DNA of 64,000 nucleotides from Antedon mediterranea (Eukaryota; Animalia; Echinodermata). The position numbers and the translations under genes are program-made. The notes beneath the pieces are model-generated. The model made no database searches and was not told where the DNA came from. It saw only the letters and a list, made by a program, of their open reading frames with translations. The stretch's first letter is position 1; the number at the start of each line of letters is the position of its first letter. This document shows, piece by piece, positions 25,511 through 36,600 of the stretch. The stretch lies in assembly GCF_964355755.1 (NCBI RefSeq), contig NC_092671.1, forward strand, positions 1,240,001-1,304,000, written 5' to 3'.

Positions 25511-27524
25511 CACAGCTTAATCATAAATATTATTAGGTTCATTTTAATGTGAATATACAACAAAATTACATAATTACAAATTAACAGTTTTAACCAACTT
25601 TAAAATGTATTGTTTACAACAATAATAACAACCTAAAACAATTGATTTTTTTTCACATTTTTTAAAACATCTACGTTTCAATTTATGCTGAAAGTAATTA
25701 AGAAACCAACCAATTCTGGAATGACAAATTCAATATGAGGAAGTAACTATATATTATGGTGGGATGAATAGAGATACAGTATATGAATGGGATTTACTTA
25801 TTATTATAACTGAATATATATTGACGAGTTTAAATACAAGAATCAAGGAATTACTTTTGTCTTAAGATAGACGAGAGGAAGGCGACAATATGTAAAGGGG
25901 AGATACTAATATAATGTATAACTTAATTAATTGTTTCAAGTCTAAGCACACCTTAGTACATCTTAAATAAAATATCCAGACGCAGATAAAAAAAACAGCG
26001 AGTCCATGAGATGTAAACCTAAACAACTTATATTATATTTTTTTCTTAGAATTTTCTGAATGACTCCTCAAAATAAAGTAATGAATCCGCCTGCGATGCC
26101 TTTGAATTCATGATATAAAACTTGTAATACTCAGAATTCATGCATATATAATACCAAAAACAATCAATATATGTAACATTCATTTAGCAATTATACCAAC
26201 CTGAAAAAGTTGACTGTTTTAATCAAAAATGTAATTAGAATCTTACTTAGCACCATTCATTAATGATTAATAAATTACAATAATTACAAATTCCCAATTA
26301 CACCCACACCAAGATGTTTTTTTCTTCTTCTTTAATATAATAAATTTCTTAATATATTGTACTTTTAGTTCATATATATTGTATTCTAAATATACTGTAC
26401 TCTTAGTACATTGTCTTCGTGGTCATCTCTTATCACATCCAATGGTAAAACATCATTACATATCTGTACTTCAAGAATTATGACGTCATTTTCTTTTATA
26501 ATATTTTGATAGTTTTAACTTCACATCTCTCCTCATTGTTCCGATGTCACAAGCAAGGCAATGATGATGATACTCTCTATGTAGGGATCCTCTATGTAGC
26601 ACCATGCATAGTTCTTATTGCATGCTATTAAATGTTTTTATAGTCTTACTGTAGCACAGGTTCCATTTGTAGCAACATATGGCCTTTATAGTTTCTTGGT
26701 AGCTAAGACACTTTCCACAAAGTTGATTTGAGAGCAACATTCCATACATTTGACAGTAGAATACATCGTTTTATGTAGTAAAATGTTGTAATATAATATT
26801 GTTAGCGACATGAAATAAGCCTCAACACACGCTGATCCAAGTACCACCATACCAGGTAGCATGAAGTGGAGCTCTTGATGTTCCAAATGTAGCAGCATCA
26901 TTTAGTTATCGGTACCACCTGCTATTGCAATTGTCTTGAACCATGCACCAACAAATGACCACAACATTGTAGCAAATACCATGATCTCTGTAGCAGCAGA
27001 ACAACATGGTTCTCAAACCATGAATCTTCATGTAGTGCCACAAACATGTTTATTGTGAAGCATCACAATGAGTCATTGCTACTACATATCCATAATCTTT
27101 ATTGACTCTGTATATGTGACTGTGCCAGACAGTTCATTTTCTTCAGAATCAATTTTGCAACTAACCATCCATGTTGCAACTGCCCGTTGCTAATACCAAC
27201 ACTGTCCACATTGCTTGTTCCACATCTATATTCTTCAAGCATAGCAATGCATCATTTTGCTATGCTTATTCTGTTCTCCTTGTTCCTTGACATTCATGTT
27301 CAAAGAACAGACTCATTATGGCAACATACCAATACTGTTCACATTGTATGTTCCATGACTATATGTTTCAAACATAGTCACATCAATTGTTTGTTATTCA
27401 TGTCTATACTTCTATACTATTCAGAATTCTTCTTCCTTCACAGTCAGTTTTCAAAATTGGCAACATCATGCAACCATACATTGCTTATACTTATAATGTT
27501 CAGACTCTTGACTCCAATCAGTGT

Positions 27525-27662
27525 TCAAAGAACAGATTCAATAGCAACATCATGCAACCGTTCATTGCTCATGCCTATACTGTTCAGACTGCTTGTGTCA
27601 CTGTCACAACTTTGTGGTCCTGAATAATTGGCTGCTTCTTGTAGTTGCATTAACATGGTCAA
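27525..27662 (-). CDS. NAV2: NAV terminal coding exon: LTMLMQLQEAANYSGPQSCDSDTSSLNSIGMSNERLHDVAIESVL*
   Basis: ctctttag| acceptor; resembles the vertebrate NAV C-terminus (MLM.LQEAANY...ES.L). Confidence 0.92.
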   Translation of the reverse strand: MTMLMQLQEAANYSGPQSCDSDTSSLNSIGMSNERLHDVAIESVL

Positions 27663-30600
27663 CTAAAGAGAACAAAAAGAGCATAATTTAAAGTGTTTGT
27701 AAATTTTGTATTTGATGTAATGTAAAATAAATCCAGGGCCACAGCCACTAGTATGGTTGGCCTATAGTAGTTGACCACTTTTTGACAGGACAACCTCTTC
27801 TATTATACCAATGAATTTCTATAAGATTTTCCAATTAAATATAAAAATAATCTTTGAAAGACTGTGAGCCTCACAGTACCCCTTCCCAGCCAGGAGTTAA
27901 TCCCTTTTCTTACAACCATACTTTATTTCTGTTGTGATGTGTTGGGGAAATATTTACGAAAACATTATAACCCAATCCATGTTTTCTCATTACCATAGGA
28001 TACTTAAATGCACAAAATTCTACTGCTACAAAGCCAGCTTTATGTAGTAAGTTGTGGAAACACTTCAAATGTACAAAAAAAAAGATTTACTTAATCACAA
28101 TAATCACAGCTCACAAATTTACAGTAAGAAAAAAAAGACATTTTTCAACAAAATAATTTTTTTTTTGTAAAAAGCAACAAATAATTACACTAAAAATGAT
28201 TATTCTTAATCATAATATTATCATGGTGATTAGAATGATTTAGCTAATCAAATAAAATCATACAAATTCAATTTTAAATTTTAAATGTTTGCTGCAAAAA
28301 AGAAAATGCGCTAACTAAAATGAAACTGTCATGATGATAAAGCAACTAAAAAATAATCTCAATATAAAAAAAATAAGAAAATATATAGAAACAAACATTA
28401 CACAAGCTATGCCAAAATAATGAAATCAACAACAGAAATTGTTCATTTTAAATCTGGAATATTGGTAACATAAAGACGATTTGACATGGCCGTAGTCAAG
28501 GAGGTAAACATGGCTGCCTGTCCAGACAAGGCCAGGTAACTGGTTGTTATCATCCTGACTACAGTATTTATAGCAAGCTTTCGTTTAAGGACAGTAGAAG
28601 GGGAAAACAATTAATCTGTGCATGCGGATAATCTCAGTACACACATTAATTCTTTATTGGAAAGTGTTTGGTCGTTTAATATCCCTTTTTCATCTACCGT
28701 TCCAAAACAAAAGCTTGCAAAAACAGAAAATATGATGAGACATGCTAACTCCACAATGCAAAGGATGATCCAGTGAGGTACAATACAAACCTACCTAAAC
28801 TTGATCAGTGCCTGGCGGGCTGGTGTAGCCAGACGCCTGCTGTAAATGCATTATCATACTTAACTGTTGCAATGGAAGCAAAAAATGGAAAGAATTTGGT
28901 GGAGAGACGTTAGATATATGCAACCACCGAAAAAAGGACACCCTCTACAGTTCATTGAAAACATAAACATCAAGGCAAAGTGAGATGCAACATTCATCCC
29001 CCATTACAAAATTCAGAAGAATTCTGAATCATGCATTTACAAATATCCAGAATAGATTGAGTATTTGTAGCAAGCCATTACAACATCATTCTCTAGTTGC
29101 TGGTCTACTAAGGAATTTGTGAACCACCAGGTTTCTTGCAATAAATATATACTATATAAAGTATAAACTGTGTACAGTCATTGATAACAAGTTTAAATTC
29201 CAAAATGATTATGCTAAAATTTATAAAATTTGATCTTTCATGGTCACAATGTTGTGAATACCTACCAGTGGGTCACCTTCAACATCACTCTGGGTTCCCT
29301 GGGAACCTTTAGTTCCGGTGTGCTCTCGGTAGCCATCAAAGCCAACATCTGCAGGCCGTAGACGTAGCAATGACGGCCATTCTTGACTACTGTTTGGTGT
29401 CCATGGGTAACTGTCAACTACCCACTCTGATGGGTCATCCCATGATGCTTTGCGACCATACAACTATAGTATACAAAATATAATTACAGTGTGTTTACAA
29501 TACAGTAAAAAAAAAGAATACATAGATTTTAAAATATCATATGATTACAAATATATTATGAAAATAACACAAAATGTGATGTAAATTACCTGTAGGCCTT
29601 CTCTGACAGCCTCTAACAAGTACGGAACAATAGAGTAGTTCCACAGGTCAGTGAACCAGACTTGAGATCCAGGAATATCCACCGGACACGACAGGAAAAG
29701 CCTTGGTCCGATGGTCACATCAGACGAGCTATGCGTCTCAAGAAACTTGTTCAAGTGGATCCACACTTTTGGAATCCAATCCAAGATGCGGATTAGATCG
29801 TTGTTGTGAACATTTTTGCTGACCTCATTTTCTACTAGTTTTCTTCTTAAGTAACGTCCAAGGAAGCCTTTTACAGGTTCCATGTGGTTCGCACATAGCA
29901 CCCACCTGTAAACAACAATTTATGTAGATTAACACCAATTATTCTTCAATAAAATTTAATTGTAGAGAAACACACATCCAAGAACATGGTAGGGCAATGG
30001 TAAGTTTGCTGATGAACAACCAGCTAGTTTTCCTACTGGTTAATTATGATTAATTATGCATAAAATAATTTAAATACTAAGGTAAATACCTGAAGTTGTG
30101 GTGCAATTGTAGGTTGGTTGTTGAACAGCTAGCTTGGCTCATTGTACCAATGATGTAAGGACATCGCTGATACTTATAGCTCAGGAATCCATTGAAGACG
30201 TCGCTTAGTGATGTCACATGATGAAGATTATCAAGGATGACAACTTTAGCAACATCAGGAGAACTAAAAAGAAATTTAAATTAATGTTTAATCATGTTTA
30301 ACTTAAGAATGTTTAGTTTTAAGAAGTTGAATATGAATACAAATACATTTATTGATTACATTATTTAAAATATTTATAAAACGATATTTAAATATAGTTA
30401 AAAGGTAGATTTTAAGGGCATCTACATTTTCTACATCACAGATATTCCTATGATCCATGCCATATGAAGAATTATCTAAATTCAATTTGTTCTACCAGAA
30501 TACTTACTTTGATTCACATTGTTCTGCTAAGTTCTTAAGATATTGACGTAGCTCTTTACTGGTTTTATGGTCCACGTTATACACTGCAATGCTGTTATCC

Positions 30601-33600
30601 GTTACCTCTTTGCCAGATCTACAAAATTAAGGGTAAAAATTAGTTATTTGTCCATTAAAATTACTCACAAATTAGTTTTATAAATGATGATGATGAGAAA
30701 ACTATTTTAGTTAAATTGGGTGGAGATACGGATTTTGAAAATAAATGATGGCAATTGTTATGAAAAAGATTAAATACACTGATTAGAATAAAATGATGAT
30801 GATGTAAATGATTATGATAACATTAATGATTATAAAAAAGAAAGATCTGATACATTGATTAAATGATACTAAAGTTTGTGATGATACCGATATTATTTTT
30901 AAGTAGAAATAAGCCTAACCTTTGAACAATGTGAGCTGCAAGTTTCTGCGCCAGGAACGTTTTGCCAGTGCCACTAGGTCCGCAGAGAACGATCCGCCTG
31001 TGCTCCATTAACAGACTGATGTACCGCTGAAGAATCGGCTTGGGAATGAGCGTTTCAAACACAAGCGAGTCTGGGCTGCTCTGCCGAACACCTTTCAGCT
31101 GAATCGTGATGGAGGTATTGTTACCTACCAGGTAGCCGCAAGGTAGGAGCATAGGGGGATCGGAGTCTTTGGTCCTGGTGATCTCCCCGACGATGTAGCT
31201 ATGTATGCTCTCAGTACTGAGGCCTAGGTTTGTAGCAGGATCAATTCTTAATATATATTCCTGAAAGAAATAATTTCATTTAATAGTATTAATGTCTTCA
31301 TGCAATTCATCTATCAATTTCATTTTGGATATACATTACATATCAATTACATACAGACGAAAACTTGGCATGTAAGGTATAGAATTCTACGATTCAATTT
31401 AAAATTTACAAAACAATGTTTCAATTAAATTGCACATATAAGTCTGCCAGCATAATATTTTGTCATATAATTTGACATTTAGGGTCTTTACTTCATATTG
31501 CCATATAAAGTCATTCTAATTGGGCTAAGATAAACAACCAAAGAATGCAATAAATCTAACATTAAGTGGATGTCAGAAAATTTGAGATAAGTGACTGATA
31601 TAAACAAAGTAAGGTGACAATGAAAAATGACAAGACAGACATTAAACCATCCAGGGCTTTGTTTCTATCATTTGGCATATAAACAAACTCTTACCAGGAG
31701 CAAGCAAAAGGCATGAACAGGACAACTGTTCTTGCTTCAAATTACAAGAGTTACAATTTTATGACAGACACAGTTGCATGCACTATAATAATACTGTGTA
31801 CTGGAAGGCTTAAAATAAAGCATAATTTTGATATGAAAAGTGAGATAAATTACCTTAAAGATCCTGCGAACTACACTATCCAATGAGTCCCAGTTGGTCT
31901 TAGTACTAATGCCAACAGTTCCTATCAATATCGTACTTTCTTTAGTATCCTGCAAAAAAATAGTAACAAAATATATCAACTACATTATAAGTGAAGAAAA
32001 TACACATGCATGATTGGGTGACAAAGCTGAGTGACAAGATATCAAGCCAGTAGGTTCAAACATTCCACTTTTATTGGCTTAAGTTTCCTTTTTAAACTAG
32101 AGAACAGCAGCAGAAGTGATGGTGATAGGCTAACTAGCCTAGCTTATGTCGATTTTTGCAATTTGTACCAATTCTCCCCACAGGCTTGGATCTTGAAAGA
32201 ATACTACGGGTAAAGAAAGTCATGATGGGTGACCCCGCCTGCCTCAACAGCACAACAACATTCATACACATTCTTCGGTCATGAACTATCATCATTCGCA
32301 CAGAATCAAAAGCAATCTGTGTAATAGCCGAGTCATGTACGGATCAAAGATTCACGTTGCTGTACATCACACCAAATGCATTATCGTTGTTTTTCTTATT
32401 TGTATTTAAGTTAAAACGTAGGCAGAATATCTTCTCATCAATCATCGTCCATCAATGTCTGCATTACACTGATAAACTAATCCACTGATAGCTATGTAAA
32501 TCCTTCTACATTTGGAGAAGATGAGGTTGAAAATATCCAAATGCCTTCTAGACAGCTGTTCTATCATGTGGCGTCACAATTTAATTTTTCAACTAAAATA
32601 CACACAACTTTTTTTAGCATAACATTACAGTTAGAGTAGATTGAGTTGGAACTCAATACATTTTGAAAAAAAAAAAGAAAACGTGAATAAATTAAGTATA
32701 CCTCTGAATTTTTGGTTTCATCAAATGAACCAGTTGCCACGGCAATGGTTATTCTCTGGCCATTGGTCGTTGTTCCTGAGCTGTCATCAAGTAAAATATC
32801 TAAAATAGAACATTTTTAAAAGCCATTTAGAAAAAAACTGAATAAAACACTGAAATTTGGTTTCCAAATGTGTCTAATTATCTTCAGAGGGAACAAATTG
32901 TAATCAGCTCAGAGTTGATTGCACTTCTTACTTGTGTTTACTCATTATAAATTCAGTGTAAAGAAAACAATTACCTAGACTACCACTGTGATCTGATGCA
33001 AAACTAAACCTTTGGCGATCTGAAAAAAAAATTTATTTTATTTAAAAAATGTCGGGCAAGTTATTCTAAAAAGCTATTAGTAGTAAATACAATTTCTGTG
33101 AAAGTGATAAAAATTGAAGTTGCTATTCTATAAACAAAATGTATTTTTAATCAAATTGCATTTCAAAGAAAAATGTATTTCAGGAATGAAAAATAGTGCC
33201 AATAATAGTATTATAATAGTTTGGCTTAGATATTCACCGACCAGCAGCTAAACAAAGTGATATTTACATATTAAATTCATCAGCAATAAACCTATTCATT
33301 CGATAATTAACTTATTTATTATAAATGTATTTATTCTTACCTAATGACTCTCGGCTCAAACGTTTGGTAGATGAACTTCCTGAGCTGAGGGAGACTTGCG
33401 ATGGACTCGTATTTAAATTCCGACGCCCTTGCATCTGGCGTGCTAACCGGTCATTCTCTTGCTTTAGTGTTGTTACTTCATTCTGTAATAAAAACATTTA
33501 AATGTTGCAATGTCCAAAGTAACATTAATGTAATAATAATCAGTATGTTATAGCTTAACATAATAAAAACTATAGGTATAAAGCTAATGAGTGCATCCAG

Positions 33601-36600
33601 GCTCAGTCTACACTATTAAACTTGCCAAAAATGTGATGTACCCATATAGACATGATAATGTCATATCACTACTACATTTGGGATTATCACTACCATATTT
33701 GGACATCACACTTTTTTTTGTCAAACTAGTTTGATAGTGTAGACAGAGCTTCATATACTTGAAATTTTAAATAATATTTATAAACAGTATTCTATTGATT
33801 TATTGGATCTTCAATGATATAGTTTGACCGTATGATACTGTATCCTAATTTATACTGTATGTCATAAGAATTATTTATTTTAGATAATGATAATAAATTT
33901 GATAATGAATAACAATTAAAATATAGACATTCCTTATTAATTTAAAAGCATTTTTGGTTTAAAATAGTATTACATACACTATACATGAATACAGAACAAA
34001 TTATGCACGATGACATTTTTCAGTTTGTAACACAAACTTGTACATCATTTAACATACTTGAATTCTAAACATTTGTATCATCTATAAATTCTAAGTACTA
34101 ATAATTTCCAAAAGTAAGTTTTAACTTACTCGTAGCTTAGCCATTTGATCTCGTAGCTGTTCCACTTGATGTTGCGAGTTGAGGGCTTCAAGTTTCACGT
34201 CTGTTAACTTGCTTTCACGCTCTCTCAACTGCTTCTTTAACTGATCTATCGTTTCATTTGCCTGTTCCAGGTCAAAGATCCTGCAAATTGGAAGAAATAA
34301 AAATATGATGAATTGAAACGAAAAATAGATATATTGTGCAGAATAAACAATTTGCAAAGTCAAAAGGTAAATTGTTATCTTGCGGATAAGTTACATCTGA
34401 TGCACGTTAGAAAAACAAACTACGAAGGCAAAACATGTATATAAAAGACCAAATTACCATGTACGAGGAGCTAAAATCGACATGACTGTTTTGTTCAGTA
34501 CGCTTCTAGAAATAATGTTCATCTAGAGTGTATGTATGATTAAAGTTAGTCTGACATTCAGTTTCCTGTATTTAAACCGCACGTGTGTATTACCCTAGTA
34601 TCTGCCTTCAATCATCCTGAATTAGCAGATTTAACATGTGTTCTATAAATCAGCTTCGTGAAACAGTTTCCATTTAAATACTTTTTTAAGTATAATGGAA
34701 ATGTTTGATTATAAAAGCCAGACAATTCAATTTTTCTGTCCCCAAAATTCACTTCATTTTAGCATTGGCAGGAATTGGATTAGTATTGAGTGGAAGTCAT
34801 TTGGCAAAAGCTTTTCCTGTTTAGGAAAGTGAAAAAAAAAAGATATAATGTAACAAATATTTCATGAAGTTACAGAAAATGTACACATGTTCTAAACTAA
34901 TTTAGAATCGGTATAATGCCCGTGCCACATTTGGTGAATCATGCAACATTTCTTTAAATAGTCCTTTAAATAGATATAATTAAGATGTTAATTGTTCACA
35001 ATGAGCGTGCACTTACGCTGGCGTTGACGCCGAAGTCTTCATGCCCACGTTGGTTGGAACACTTGTTGTGCTCTCGTAATCCTCAACGTCGGTGGTTGTA
35101 CCACTCGTCTTCTTCTTCCGTGAAAATGCTGATCGGAAAGAACTACGAATCTGAGGAAGACAAATAACTTATTGTAAGACAACGTAAATAAATTAAAAAA
35201 TTAAAATAATAATAAAAGAAATTATAGTTAGAAGTACAGTAACCATATTTGATAAGATGGAGGTCGACCGTGAGATTCTATTTGACACAATGTTTGCTGT
35301 ATAACTCCAGGTATCGAGTGGTAAGTAGCACCATACCAGGGAAGGACGTGCTAAGTAAAAACAATGTTATATCAGTGGTTATATGCTATAATGATGAGAA
35401 CACAAATGTAGTTATAGATTAAACTGCAGGCTGTGAGTAAACTGTGCTATCAAATCATACATGTTTTGTATTAAACAGAAAAAAACCATACAAATGATGA
35501 AGAGTACAGAAAGAATAAGCAAAAGAGTACGGATAAAATTGATTATGATAGAGCAAACAAAAATTAAACAAAACAGAATTAGTTATAAATCGTTATAAAT
35601 CAGGGAAATTGAAACATTGATGAAGACGTTTGAAGATGAAGAAGCATGATGGGTATTATACGCATTCATATATTTGAAATGAGAGAGCACCCTCAAGAGT
35701 TCCCAACAGACAACAACTAAACAGCCAACATCTAAACGTGTGATATTAACCTCCGTCAGCGCCTGACCAAGTCCCTTAGTCTTGCCGCTAATATCCTGAT
35801 TTTGCTCTGTGACACTCTCACTACCTGAATGTACTGAGAAGTCCTTAGGTAGTTTGGCAGGTAATGTATTACATCTATACTCCGTCGTCTGACGAAGACA
35901 ATCATTTGTGAAGCAGGAATAGAAACCAAAAAATAAATATCATTTTAGTTGCTTAATAATTTTATTATTACTATATGTACAGAAATGTTGGCTATATATA
36001 GCCAATTTAATGGATGCAAAATTTAAGTAGACAATAAAAAATTTGGATGCAATATAAATTTGACTTTTTGAGTAATGCATTTTGGAAAATCATTCATCTC
36101 CATGGAAACATAAAACAATACAAATAACACATTTTACAAATAACACATTTTACATATAAGGGTTTCAAAGCTTAAAATAAAAAAGATTTAATGCCAAAAG
36201 TTGACCTTCAAATGTATAATAAATCAAAAGCAAAATATAACTCAAAACAACAATATCAATCAAATATATAAATATATTTTATAAAAAAAGAAATAATTTC
36301 AAATGTATCCTGGCATGCAAGTTGATTTATAACAGGTTGTAATTGCCAATATAGTTATTATTATATTTTGTATTATATTTTTGTATTATATGGAGTATTA
36401 TGGGATACAGCATTTCATGCATAATTAAATTACCTTATCTCCAGTAGGAGAGGGAATCTGCAACTGCAGGCATGAAGAAGTGAAAATGAAATAAATTTAG
36501 TTGCTTGGGCATGAACAAGTCAAAAGTGGAATAAGTTCACTCATTTAGTTAAGAACAAATGGACAATTGAATAAATGAATTAATTAGGACATGAAAAGTA

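Noticed and set aside
27187-27627. 146-aa + strand ORF
   Set aside because: Antisense to the NAV terminal exon and its duplicated UTR; TTG start and no recognisable domain.
28492-28562. SECIS or pre-miRNA interpretation of the hairpin
   Set aside because: No apical AA or GA quartet at the right spacing, intronic location, and the stem is too irregular for a confident miRNA call.
34458-34470. 13-nt candidate NAV microexon (ttttag|CTCCTCGTACATG|gtaatt)
   Set aside because: Not frame-preserving; the flanking exons already join in frame.
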